A stretch of 64,000 nt of DNA from an uncultured Verrucomicrobiae bacterium. GTDB lineage: Bacteria; Verrucomicrobiota; Verrucomicrobiia; Chthoniobacterales; JAFAMB01. The position numbers were made by a program, and so were the translations under genes. Shown here one piece after another: positions 9,837-19,527 of this stretch; the first letter of the stretch is position 1; the number at the start of each line of letters is the position of its first letter. The notes beneath the pieces are model-generated. The model worked only from the letters and a program-made list of their open reading frames with translations. It was not told the DNA's origin and did not search any database. The stretch spans positions 96,001 to 160,000 of the forward strand of contig CAVXLD010000007.1 of assembly GCA_963762565.1 (NCBI GenBank), read 5' to 3'.

Positions 9837-10634
9837 CTACTCCGGATAGGACCCGGCGACATTCTGATCGTAATCGACTAGCGCTCCTGTCATGACACCG
9901 GATTCAGGGCTGAGCATGTATGTAACCAGACCTGCCAGCTGATCTGGCTTAACCAGCTGGCCCATGCGTTGGTTCGCTTCCGCTTTTGCTAGCCAGTCGT
10001 CGCCGGCGCCATGAAATTTCTGCTGGACGGCGGTTTCACCGGGAGTATCCATCCAGCCGACCATAAGACCATTGCAACGGATCCGATTTCTGGAGAATGC
10101 GTTTGCCACGTTCTTGGTTAAGGTCGCGAGCGCGCCCTTAGAAGCTGAGTACGGAGTCAGAAAGGATTGGCCGCAATAAGCGGACATGGAAAGGACATTG
10201 ACGATGCTTCCCGGTTTGCCAGCCTCGACCAGGTGCGCCACCACTCCCTGCATCAAGAGAAACGGCCCGCGCACGTTGGTGTTGAAGTGCTCGTCCCAGA
10301 TTTCCAAGGTTGTGTTGAGCAGGCCGCCTCGACCGGTTGAGGCGGCGGAGTTTACCAAAGCGTTGACGCTGCCGAACGTTTGAAGAGCGGAGTCCACCAG
10401 CCGGTGGCAATCTTCGACGATCGACACGTCCGCGGGCACGAAGAGACAATCGGCGCCCAGCGCCTGCACTTCCTTAGCGGCGAGCTGCCCTCTTTCGTTA
10501 TTCCGGCCGCTGATTACAATCCCTGGCGCCCCTTCGAGTGCGAGTCTTTTGGCAACGGCGAGACCTAGGCCCTGGGTGCCACCCGTAATGATCGCAACGG
10601 TTGAAGCGTTTTTTGGCGAGAGTTCGTTAGGCAT
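9837..10634 (-). CDS. Short-chain dehydrogenase/reductase
   Basis: TGGTQGLG, VNSAA, YSASK. Confidence 0.92.
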   Translation of the reverse strand: MPNELSPKNASTVAIITGGTQGLGLAVAKRLALEGAPGIVISGRNNERGQLAAKEVQALGADCLFVPADVSIVEDCHRLVDSALQTFGSVNALVNSAASTGRGGLLNTTLEIWDEHFNTNVRGPFLLMQGVVAHLVEAGKPGSIVNVLSMSAYCGQSFLTPYSASKGALATLTKNVANAFSRNRIRCNGLMVGWMDTPGETAVQQKFHGAGDDWLAKAEANQRMGQLVKPDQLAGLVTYMLSPESGVMTGALVDYDQNVAGSYPE

Positions 10635-10643
10635 TTCGCAAGA

Positions 10644-10855
10644 ATAGCCACGAAAGAACACAAGGAACGCAGAAAAAGAGAATCCTCGCGCAGAGGGCGC
10701 AGAGGGCGCGGAGGTTTCAAGGCAGAATTGAATTGGGGTGGATCCGGACTCGACTTCAACGGTCCTTTGCGCTCCTTTGCGTCCTCTGCGCGAGGTTTGC
10801 AACTGTCTTAACCTTTGCGCCCTTTGCGCGATGCTTCTCCTCTTTTGCGGCTATT
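10644..10855. repeat. Nested inverted repeats of the cgcaaag/ctttgcg type (family C)
   Basis: cgcgcagagggcgcagag...ctttgcgtcctctgcgcg; shares tttgcaactgtcttaacctttgcg with the element at ~59500. Confidence 0.7.
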
Positions 10856-11139
10856 CCTGTTGATCCCCGCTTACCCTGAAAGCCATCCCCATTGACTCTG
10901 GAGCGGTCGGCTGAAAACCGAACTGTGAATAGAGATGGTGGGCCGGGCCATCGGCGATAAGACTTACATGGGCTCCGGCAGGCGCAGATTGCCTCAGGTG
11001 TTCAACGATTTTGCCGACGATGGCTTTACCCAGGCCGCGCCGCTTCCGGGCTCTTTGGGCTCAGACCTGCAGATACTCTAAGCCGGCAATAATCTTCTAT
11101 AGAAGGCACGCCTGAGATCAGTTTGTAGTCAGGGTCCAT
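10851..11139 (-). pseudogene. GNAT (AttT-like) acetyltransferase with internal deletion and frameshift
   Basis: N-part MDPDY...YCRLRVSAGLSPKSPEAA joins out of frame to RGLGKAIVGKIVEHL...VSLIADGPAHHLYSQFGF; the central GMGR/VVDIAV segment is missing. Confidence 0.8.
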
Positions 11140-11183
11140 ACGTCTGATAGAAGCATGCTTCTGCAGAAGCGGGCTAGCGAACC

Positions 11184-11366
11184 GTGGAGCGTTGCCTCGC
11201 TTGCGAGGCCGTGGTGAGCAAGGGAACATGGTGATGTACGCCTTACTTGGGGTCAGTGCTCGGTATCGGGACTTTTCGCCTGGCACACACCAGAGCGCAG
11301 ATCGACCGCGTACCTGCCGCGCCACGAGCCCTGTTAACCACGGCCTCGCAAGCGAAGCAACGCTCC
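11184..11366. repeat. REPIN-like element, family B
   Basis: gtggagcgttgcctcgcttgcgaggccgtggt...accacggcctcgcaagcgaagcaacgctcc. Confidence 0.85.
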
Positions 11367-11381
11367 GCAGATCGCGTTACT

Positions 11382-11816
11382 TTAGGAGTTTGCCAGGCCG
11401 TCGAGCAATTGTCGCAGGTGTGACCCGATTTTCTGTATTTCGGCCCGATGCGCCAGAGACAGTTTTGTCAACAGAGTCTCACCTTTCCTGGTGACTCGAA
11501 GAAGCACCGTGCGCCGGTCTTTGCTTCCGGGGCTACGGCTTACAAGGTCTTGAGCAACCAGCCGGTCGGCTAATTCGACCGCGGTATGGTGGGCAATCGC
11601 GAGTTGTTCGGCTAATTCGCCAATAGTTACCTGGTCGCGACCGGGAAATCCTTTGATTGCTAACAAGGCCTGATGCTGGCGGGGGGTGATACCGGTGGCT
11701 ACCGCTGCTTTTTCACTGAAGCTTAAGAACTGGCGTAATTGATATCGGAACTGGGCTAGCGCTTCATAGTCGGCTTTGGCGAGAGGCTTGTTTGAGGCCG
11801 GCGTCCGGGAAGGCAT
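11382..11816 (-). CDS. MarR-family transcriptional regulator
   Basis: LAQFRYQLRQFL, GITPRQHQALLAI, TIGELAEQL, DRRTV. Confidence 0.92.
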   Translation of the reverse strand: MPSRTPASNKPLAKADYEALAQFRYQLRQFLSFSEKAAVATGITPRQHQALLAIKGFPGRDQVTIGELAEQLAIAHHTAVELADRLVAQDLVSRSPGSKDRRTVLLRVTRKGETLLTKLSLAHRAEIQKIGSHLRQLLDGLANS

Positions 11817-11824
11817 ACTCTTTT

Positions 11825-11938
11825 AGTGAGAAGTGAGAAGTGAGAAGTGAGAGGTGATTGGTGAGTGGTGATTGGTGAGTGGTGATTGGTGATTTGCGTT
11901 CTCGGCGCTGGCGGCGGTCACGGCGTTCCCGGCGTTGT
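11825..11938. repeat. Heptamer tandem repeats (agtgaga; ggtgatt/ggtgagt) followed by cggcg-rich units
   Basis: Direct reading; related arrays at 5394 and 34405. Confidence 0.75.
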
Positions 11939-12497
11939 TCGGCAGCATAAGGGATTGAACCAGAGAAGCAAGTGATCGAAGTACTTGCGTATATCGGAAA
12001 GCGATACCCGAGGTCGCAAAGAGGAAATAATACACAACAAGGCCGCTAAGATAGGAGAATAGATGGATCAGAATATCGGTTTGAAAATCGTGGGATGAAA
12101 ATTCTTTGCGCCTTTTGTGGCCTTGTTGTGAAGCCGGGAACACCATCCGTAATGCGGGAGCAACTCCGTCACATATTCGGCATAGGACAGCGCACACCTC
12201 GGCTACGGCAAAGAGCTCACCAGTAAATAAAGAAAGCCCGGCACCTGAACCGTCTTCAAGCCCGCAGGTCAATCCGGCTACCCGACCTTCTCCCAGCCCG
12301 ACCCCCGAACTAAACCCGGCAACCACCCCAGGAACCACCCCAGCCCGACGGCTCCGTGAGAATTTGGTCGTCACTGGCTGGATCGTTGGCGCCGGATTCG
12401 ACGATACAACCGGATGGAGTGGTCAAGCATTGCCGGTTGTCGTGAACGACTCTTTGTTCTAAAAAGATCTGTTTTGATGATGGTGTACGATTCGATT

Positions 12498-12833
12498 ATG
12501 CCTGACGTTCCACTACCCAATCTTAGCAGTGGAGACAACGCCGAAGGTTTGCTACGCAGTCTTCGGTGGGCATATGAGGGTTACCAGAAAGCCTTACCCG
12601 GCAACCGGAGAGCCGTGATTCGTGCTTCTTCTAACGGCGTAACCATTCGAATGGAGGGCGCGCAATGGATAAATCCAGCGACAATTATTTTCTCACAACA
12701 CCCGAAAAGCAAAGGCGAGGCACTCAAGGTTATTGTCCAGCACGTTTCCCAGCTGAATATTCTATTAGACTCTGAAGAGATCGTTAAAAACGAAAAGCCC
12801 AGACCGCCTATTGGCTTCGGACCAGCAGAGTAG
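12498..12833 (+). CDS. DUF6173-like hypothetical protein
   Basis: C-terminal VQHVSQLNILL...PRPPIGF motif recalled for this family. Confidence 0.6.
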   Translation: MPDVPLPNLSSGDNAEGLLRSLRWAYEGYQKALPGNRRAVIRASSNGVTIRMEGAQWINPATIIFSQHPKSKGEALKVIVQHVSQLNILLDSEEIVKNEKPRPPIGFGPAE

Positions 12834-13051
12834 CTGTCCCCATTCACGGGCTGGATCGAGTCGGCTGCGCGGATCCGTGGCCTTCCAAATGAATAGGCTA
12901 AGAAAGTTCTGCTCCGCGTCCGTCATGACGTTACGGTAATGCTCGACGGAAGATGGATCGATCGCCGAGACCGCGTATTGAGGACGGCTTTGTTGGAGGA
13001 GATGGCTAGGCGCGAGGCATCCGATCCGAAAACCTGAAGCGAACTTTACCT

Positions 13052-13279
13052 GTGGAGGACTCGCAATTACTCGAAATTCAAGACGAGTGGTGTCGTGAAA
13101 TGTCGAGACAGGCAAGTTTGAACGTGGAGGAAGTTGATGCCCGGATTACAAGTGCGTGGACACGGCGGTTGAGCAGACCCCCGCTGGGCGACATCCGTGC
13201 GCTGGATAGAGAAATAGCCATACTGCAGCGCATCAGGGAAGAATTGGAGAGTGACATCCAAAATTGGAGAGAGAGGTAA
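13052..13279 (+). CDS. Small hypothetical coiled-coil protein
   Basis: 75-aa ORF with helical, charged composition; no recognised motif. Confidence 0.35.
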   Translation: MEDSQLLEIQDEWCREMSRQASLNVEEVDARITSAWTRRLSRPPLGDIRALDREIAILQRIREELESDIQNWRER

Positions 13280-13434
13280 GGATTCTCGGCTTATATTGAG
13301 CCTCCAAATGGCTGGGTCGCTAGCAGGTCCACTCGGCCGAGCTCGTCGCAAAATCACTTTGATCCGACCCGTCGCCTTGGGCGAAGCTGTTGAAACTCGG
13401 CGGAAGAAATTTTTTGTGGTTTTGTTTTGTGAGT

Positions 13435-13468
13435 CCGAACCCGGAACGTTAGCAGTTGCCGGGTTCGG
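13435..13468. terminator. Stem-loop just downstream of S53 paralogue 3 (possible terminator)
   Basis: ccgaacccgg...ccgggttcgg 10-bp stem; no clear U-tract. Confidence 0.4.
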
Positions 13469-13496
13469 GTAATGTTAGGTGTTCGCCGCTACGGCA

Positions 13497-15689
13497 TCAC
13501 TTCTTCGTCGCAAAGTAGAGAGGAAGTGTATTGGAGAAGCCGTTGGCGTTATAGGCCCAGAGTGTCGCTGCATAGTTCGGGTCGTTAGGAATCAATCCCT
13601 TGACCTCAAGAGAAGTTCCTTTCGTGATATAAACAGCGACATCATTAAAGGCCAGACCAGGATGCGCCACGGTGATGGCGTAGGCGATAGCAGCGCTTAC
13701 GGGAGCCCATTTAAATTTCGCGGTAGTTACACCTGAGGTCACCGCAAAAGTAGTGACGTCTCCAGGTGCTGTCCCGCTCTGCGTTCCGGAGATCAAAATC
13801 TGGGTGGCGAATCCGCAACCGAAGAGGCTCCCGAGGCCGGTGGCGTTACAGTAAAGGGGCTGAAAAAATGTACCGCCAGCGCTATACCCGGGATATCCCG
13901 GATAATCGGTGGTATAGCCGTTATTACCGTCAACAATCGGATACAGGAACTGGGACGGCTGGCCGTATCCGTTGGTAGTGATAGTGTTGTTAGCCGGGTT
14001 GTGTTTAACTGACGTCACGAACGGCATCAACCAGTAACCCACATCATAGAGAATCGGGTTAAAAAAGCCGATATCTCCTAATCCGGAATATCTCATCCCC
14101 ACATTCACGATGCCCAAGTAACTTGCCCAGATCGGTGCAGCGACACTGGTACCACCTGCCGCCAGCCAGCCACCATTCAGCTTGGAGTAGACAGCCGGGC
14201 CGGTGTTAGAGTCGCCAACGGCGGAGACGTCGGGCACGTTGCGGTATTTTAACGATCCGCCCTGATGCGTGATAAAGAAGGGATCCATCTCACCTTGAAA
14301 AGATGGGAACTTCCAAACATCACTAATGCCGCCACCTGAGGCGAAAGGCCCTACATCTGAAGTATTCCAGACCTGCTCATCAACGTACTGTTCACCAGCG
14401 CCGGTGAATAAAGTGGTGCCTCCGACCCCGGTAACATAAGGTTGGGAAGCTGGGTCAGAGACATTGTAAGGGTAGTGAGGGCCTTGGTAACCGTCTCCAT
14501 AAGCGCCACCGTCTCCGGAGCTGGCCGTTACGGTGATTCCTTCCGCTGCTAATTGGACGAGAGCGGTGTTCTCGGCTTTAATGGCGGTTTTGCCTTGATA
14601 ACCTTCGTCCTGCCCGTAAGAGATGCTTAGCACCTGGGCTTTCTTATCGTCGGCGACCTGGGTCAGCGTGTCGAGCAGCGCTACCGGGAATGTGTCAATG
14701 CCATCTTCGTAGACCAATACCTCATGGACGTTTGGGTTGATCGCAATCACCATGTCGATATCGAGCACCGCTTCCAGCTCAATCTGTAAGCTATCCACGG
14801 TGCCGTTATACTTGTCGACGCTCACAAACGTTACCGGCGGATGTGGCAACTTCATCCGGTTGAGATAGGTTTCCACATCTGACTTAAAGAAACCGCCTTG
14901 CTCAAACAGTGCGACCACGGTTTTGTTGTCCAGATTGCCGAAGGTGGGAATCGAGTAGATGGTTCGCAAATCGGCTGCCGAATAATAGGTTCCAGGCCCG
15001 GTGCCGCCAACGTCCACGCCATTGCTGGCCGGCTGATCGCTCGGGTTTTCGCCCATCACCTTGCCCACCTTCACATGCGGCGTATACTTTTTGCCATCCG
15101 TCAATCCGATAACTGCCGAGGCCTTATCGGCAATGGCAGACGGGATAGTCGGAGCAACGGCTGCGGAGTAGAATTCTTCGCCCTCGGATGAACGGTAATT
15201 GTTGATCTGAGTTTTAAAGATCGACTCCAATTGAGCGGCGGTGCCGCGGACCGTTAACGCTGTCCGCGCGACAGACTCTTGGGAAACGCTGAGTCCATTA
15301 GCAGCTGCCCATTGCTTGAGAGCGGCATAGTCGGATTCACTGGCGCCATAGCGGCTGGCAAACTCTTGCGGGGTCAGGTATTGGTGATAGAGTGGATCGC
15401 CTCGGCGCGACACGTGGTCCACGAAGTCGGCGGCGCCCTGAGGATCCGAGAATGGCAATGTGAGGGCCACACTGATTAGCTGGTTCCGGTCAACCGGACT
15501 AACAAAAGTCGATTTGGCCACTAATGGTGAAAGTTCAACGGTGGCCGTTTGGCCGAAAGCGTGGTTGGGCTTGATCAATAGCGACAGAATCAAGCCGAAC
15601 GCGATCGGTAGTAGCTGTCCCCAGCTAGTAGCATAACGACTAACTCGAGCCAGTTGAATCTGGCTCGCGGTGTAAGATCGATATTGCAT
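13497..15689 (-). CDS. S53 peptidase with FN3 tail, paralogue 3
   Basis: ELEAVLDID, SSGDGG, RNVPDVS, GGTSVAAP. Confidence 0.93.
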   Translation of the reverse strand: MQYRSYTASQIQLARVSRYATSWGQLLPIAFGLILSLLIKPNHAFGQTATVELSPLVAKSTFVSPVDRNQLISVALTLPFSDPQGAADFVDHVSRRGDPLYHQYLTPQEFASRYGASESDYAALKQWAAANGLSVSQESVARTALTVRGTAAQLESIFKTQINNYRSSEGEEFYSAAVAPTIPSAIADKASAVIGLTDGKKYTPHVKVGKVMGENPSDQPASNGVDVGGTGPGTYYSAADLRTIYSIPTFGNLDNKTVVALFEQGGFFKSDVETYLNRMKLPHPPVTFVSVDKYNGTVDSLQIELEAVLDIDMVIAINPNVHEVLVYEDGIDTFPVALLDTLTQVADDKKAQVLSISYGQDEGYQGKTAIKAENTALVQLAAEGITVTASSGDGGAYGDGYQGPHYPYNVSDPASQPYVTGVGGTTLFTGAGEQYVDEQVWNTSDVGPFASGGGISDVWKFPSFQGEMDPFFITHQGGSLKYRNVPDVSAVGDSNTGPAVYSKLNGGWLAAGGTSVAAPIWASYLGIVNVGMRYSGLGDIGFFNPILYDVGYWLMPFVTSVKHNPANNTITTNGYGQPSQFLYPIVDGNNGYTTDYPGYPGYSAGGTFFQPLYCNATGLGSLFGCGFATQILISGTQSGTAPGDVTTFAVTSGVTTAKFKWAPVSAAIAYAITVAHPGLAFNDVAVYITKGTSLEVKGLIPNDPNYAATLWAYNANGFSNTLPLYFATKK

Positions 15690-15748
15690 GGTGAGTAAGG
15701 TGCAAAAAATGCGAGTAATAGTTTTGGATAACGAAGAATCGGTGAAGA

Positions 15749-17851
15749 CTACTTAGTAGTGAAGTAGACTTGCTCTTGGGTGGCTCCGCTTGTGTTTACA
15801 GCGTAAGCGTAAAGGGTATAGTTGGTTTGCGGCGTCAGGTTGGTCATAGTCAATACCCTCTTTTTAGTAACGAAGCCGGTCACGTTGTTGGCGAGACCGC
15901 CGGGACCTATCAGTTCGAGTACATAGCCATCGGCGAGATCGGAGTCGGTCCAACGGAATTCGGCCGTGGTGGTAGTCAATTTAGGGAAAAAGAACACAAA
16001 ACCGGAGGGGACTTTTCCCTTTCCCTTAAGGGCGGTGAGCACCTGGGTCCCGAAGCCGCCTCCCCAAATAGTACCTGAACCGGTACAGTTGGTGTATCCG
16101 AAACCCGCACTAAACCCGGCGGTACCCCCATACAAAGCGGGGTCTCCATTGGTTCCGTCCGGTACGGGGAAGAGATAATTCGATGGGTTGCCATAACCGA
16201 TACCAAGTAAAAAGCCGATGCCGTATAACGTCGGATTGAAGAAGCCGATCGATGTTCCGAATAAGTACTGAGAACCGGCGTTCAGGATACTCATATAACC
16301 GCCCCAAATCGGAGCCGAGAGACTGGTACCGCCAATCTGAAGCCAACCGCCGTTGATCTTGGAGTATACCCCAACGCCGGTCAATGGGTCGCCTACCGCG
16401 CCGACATCCGGCACATTACGGTAAGTGGACGATCCGCCATTAGTGGTTACATAGCCAGGCACTTGCCAATCCCGGATTTTCCAAAAAGAGCTAACCCCGC
16501 CACCGGTGGCGCCGTACCCGAGCCCTAGACGATTCCACACTTCTTCGCCGAGCCATTCTTCGTTTGGCCCAGTCGTAAGGGTAGTACCGCCAACACAAGT
16601 GACTAGCGGTTGTGAGCCTGGATCCGGTGCCTCTAACTGAGCCGGGCTAGAGAAACCTCCGGTCCGGCCGTAGGCGCCATTGTCACCCGCGCTCACCAAG
16701 ACGGTGATGCCCTCCGACGCTAACTGAGTCAGCGCAGTGTTTTCTGCCCTCATCTGAGTGTCTCCTTGCTGGACCTCATCCACGCCATAAGAGATGCTCA
16801 GAGTTCTTACTTTGTTATCGGTCGCTATTTGATCGAGAGAGTCGACCACGGCGACCCCGAAAGGATCGTTCCCGTCTTCGTAAACTAGTACTTCCTTCAC
16901 CTGCGGGTTAATCCCGATGATCATGTCGATATCGAGGACGGCCTCGAGCTCAACCTGCGTGTCGTTAACGTGACCGTCGTACCCGTTAACACCGATAAAG
17001 CTTACTGGCACCGCCGGTAGCTTCATCGTCTTGAGGTAGGTGTTGACGTCGGATGGAGAGAAACCACCTTGTTCGAACACAGCGACGCTTTGGGGAACAA
17101 GAGAACCGTATGCAGGGATTTGATAGCACGCTCTCAGATCCGCCGGGCTGTAACTTCCTCCAGGACCGGTGCCACCGCTATCAGGCGCCTTCGTCGGGAG
17201 CGCCGCATCCTCGCCAAAAACCTTATACGGTTTGGCCAGGGTGGCATAATGGGCGCCGTTGGTCAGGCCAATGACGCCGCTGACCCGCGACGCGATTTCT
17301 TCGGGGACCGTCGGTCTAAAGGCGGCAGAATAGAATTCTTTGCCATCCGGCGACCGATAATTATTGAGCTGAGTTTTGAACAGCGTTTGGAGCTGAGCGG
17401 CCGAACCCCGCACGGTTAGGCAGGTCCGAGCCAGCGACTCGTGCACAACACTGAGGCCGTTGCTTATCGTCCAGTCCTTTAGGGCCGCATAATCGGCACT
17501 GTTCGCGCCGTATCTGGCCGCGAATTCTTCCGGAGTCAGGTACTGATGAAACAGCGGGTCGCCCGGTTGCGACACGTGCCGCACGAATTCTGCGGCGCCC
17601 TGAGGATCTGACAATGGTAATGCCAGGATCACGCTGATGGGTTGATTCTGGTCAACGGGACCAACGAGAGCCACTTTCGCCAGCATGGGCGAAAGTCCGA
17701 TGGTTTTCGCCTGGCCGAAAACGTGGCCGGGCACGATCAACGGCAACAGGAGTAACCCCCAAAGGACGGCTTTGAGCTGTTGCCAACGGTTGATATTACG
17801 GCGGGTACGAGCCGGTGAAATCCAGCTCGTCCAATTACAGAGATATTGCAT
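15749..17851 (-). CDS. S53 peptidase with FN3 tail, paralogue 4
   Basis: ELEAVLDID, SAGDNG, RNVPDVG, GGTSLSAP. Confidence 0.93.
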   Translation of the reverse strand: MQYLCNWTSWISPARTRRNINRWQQLKAVLWGLLLLPLIVPGHVFGQAKTIGLSPMLAKVALVGPVDQNQPISVILALPLSDPQGAAEFVRHVSQPGDPLFHQYLTPEEFAARYGANSADYAALKDWTISNGLSVVHESLARTCLTVRGSAAQLQTLFKTQLNNYRSPDGKEFYSAAFRPTVPEEIASRVSGVIGLTNGAHYATLAKPYKVFGEDAALPTKAPDSGGTGPGGSYSPADLRACYQIPAYGSLVPQSVAVFEQGGFSPSDVNTYLKTMKLPAVPVSFIGVNGYDGHVNDTQVELEAVLDIDMIIGINPQVKEVLVYEDGNDPFGVAVVDSLDQIATDNKVRTLSISYGVDEVQQGDTQMRAENTALTQLASEGITVLVSAGDNGAYGRTGGFSSPAQLEAPDPGSQPLVTCVGGTTLTTGPNEEWLGEEVWNRLGLGYGATGGGVSSFWKIRDWQVPGYVTTNGGSSTYRNVPDVGAVGDPLTGVGVYSKINGGWLQIGGTSLSAPIWGGYMSILNAGSQYLFGTSIGFFNPTLYGIGFLLGIGYGNPSNYLFPVPDGTNGDPALYGGTAGFSAGFGYTNCTGSGTIWGGGFGTQVLTALKGKGKVPSGFVFFFPKLTTTTAEFRWTDSDLADGYVLELIGPGGLANNVTGFVTKKRVLTMTNLTPQTNYTLYAYAVNTSGATQEQVYFTTK

Positions 17852-17942
17852 GGTAGTTTAATGGGAAACTGCGGAACCTCACAGAGGGCAGCCAGAAACT
17901 TGGAGGGTGTTTTCTATACGACCCAAAGAGCGAAACAACTGG

Positions 17943-18213
17943 GTGCGTGAGTGAAATCACCCGCGCACACATGACTTCTGATGTTAATGAATTGACCGGC
18001 AGGATTTGAGCATTTGCCCGCGGCCAAAACCCATCAGAGTGGATCCGGCAAAACCAACGATGGATGAATCGTCAGGCCGAAACGGTATAGTGCGGAAAGC
18101 GAATACATATTACTTCCTTGTCTAATCCCGCGCCGAAAAGGCCTTCCTGCTCTGACGACCTGAAACTACGCGATCGGACGCAACAGATATGAAATCGACG
18201 TCGTAACCGTCAA
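17943..18213 (-). promoter_or_regulatory. Candidate long structured 5' leader of the S53 pair 4/3, with a TTGACG -35-like hexamer at 18208-18213
   Basis: Three consecutive stems: tcgtcag/ctgacga; tctgatg/catcaga enclosing ttggccg/cggtcaa; gtgcg..gtga/tcac..cgcac. Confidence 0.35.
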
Positions 18214-18491
18214 TGAGAATTTTTGAAGATATTTTTTGTTTGGGGACTCCATTGCGTTGAAGACGCAACCCGAGGTCTTGACTCGTGAACGCTCACCTGA
18301 CCGGGTCGAGCACTTGTCCCGAAGGGACGAAAGGACTCAGCCTGGGGTTTCAACACTAGGCAGTAGTTACTCGAAAAATGGCTTGCAGACCCGAGCTACT
18401 TCCTCTTCCTGTTTAGAATTCAAGAATAGAATGTCGAGATGCTCTCTGGCGAGGGGTCGCTGCTGATATTACCAGCAGTGGCACGCCTCGC

Positions 18492-18752
18492 TCATCGCGA
18501 TTTTTCGGAGCGATAAAGCGCCTGTTCAAGGGCTTCGCGAATAAAGCGGGTATAGGGGATGCCACGTGCTGCCGAACGCCTCTTTACTGCCTCCAATAGC
18601 GCTTTCGGAATACGCATATTGATCTGAGCGGTCTTCTTCTGAAACTCGAACCGGGTCGGTTTGAATTGCGAGAAATCCAAATCGGAAAGGTCTTTCTCGA
18701 GGAAAGCCTCGGCTTGCTCGTCGCTCGTGAATTTAGGGATTTTGCGCTTCAT
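18492..18752 (-). CDS. brnA: BrnA/CopG-type antitoxin (ribbon-helix-helix)
   Basis: KIPKFTSDEQAEAFLE...KTAQINMRIPKALLEAVK...GIPYTRFIREALE; overlaps the toxin 3' end. Confidence 0.88.
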   Translation of the reverse strand: MKRKIPKFTSDEQAEAFLEKDLSDLDFSQFKPTRFEFQKKTAQINMRIPKALLEAVKRRSAARGIPYTRFIREALEQALYRSEKSR

Positions 18753-19029
18753 AACTTTCAATCTCTTTCGGATGCATGTAACGGGCACTGATTGGGCGAA
18801 CGAAACGCTGCCGGCCTTTTATTCGAATCGTGAAAGCCACGAAGAGCGGCCGGCCGGTTCCGGTTCGGGCAATGGCAATGAATCTATCTTCGGTACCAGA
18901 ATGCTCTGTGTCGGGAGCAACGCGGAACCTGCCTTGAAAAACTGCTTCGATTTCTCCGATCGGAACTCCATGTTTTTGACATTTTGAGCGATTTGCATCA
19001 TCCCAGTCGAAACCGGCGAATGCCTCCAT
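18733..19029 (-). CDS. brnT: BrnT family toxin
   Basis: FDWDDANRSKCQKHGV...EDRFIAI...RPISARYM. Confidence 0.92.
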   Translation of the reverse strand: MEAFAGFDWDDANRSKCQKHGVPIGEIEAVFQGRFRVAPDTEHSGTEDRFIAIARTGTGRPLFVAFTIRIKGRQRFVRPISARYMHPKEIESYEAQNP

Positions 19030-19039
19030 GTATTAAGCA

Positions 19040-19068
19040 TATCTATACGTTTGTATATACATTGTCAA
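19040..19068 (-). promoter_or_regulatory. brnTA promoter with palindromic operator
   Basis: TTGACA on the minus strand at 19063-19068, followed by the palindrome TGTATATACA at 19052-19061. Confidence 0.6.
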
Positions 19069-19230
19069 GAAGCCCGATATGCAAAAAACGCGGCACTCCA
19101 CCACTCCAGTGCTCCATCACTCCAGCTTCCCAATCACGATTGTTCCGGCGGACAAAGGATGGTAAGGATTAGGGTCACGTCTTAGAGGTGACCCTACTTG
19201 GACCCCTCAATCAGGGGACAGCCTCAATCA

Positions 19231-19316
19231 GGGGACAGGTCAATTGTTGATTGAGCCGGTTGCCGGAAAGATACGATCGATAGCCACCGACTCTTGCCGG
19301 CAATTGACCTGTCCCC
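19231..19316. repeat. Small element with 16-bp terminal inverted repeats
   Basis: ggggacaggtcaattg...caattgacctgtcccc; left end overlaps a 17-bp tandem duplication cctcaatcaggggacag. Confidence 0.7.
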
Positions 19317-19527
19317 ATTCCGGTTCCTCCAGAAAGATATCTGTTTTAAATGTCCAAGACCCAGGGCAGATTACGTGGGGACAGTTATCTATCTTCCAGG
19401 AAACCTTGGCGAGGGTCGAGCCGCCCGACCCAACCTTAGGCTTCTGGAAGCTGGGCTCCTACGACACCGACTAATTAATCCCCAATCTGCTTCCCGAAGC
19501 TACCAATGCAGCAAACGTAACGGCACA

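Noticed and set aside
11823..12462. ORFs 11823-12374 (-) and 12106-12462 (+)
   Set aside because: They start or end in repeat sequence and have no recognisable family; the Pro-rich stretch may be a gene remnant but cannot be supported
18236..19029. Prophage or integrative element around brnTA
   Set aside because: No integrase, phage genes or att pair seen; only REP-like fragments nearby
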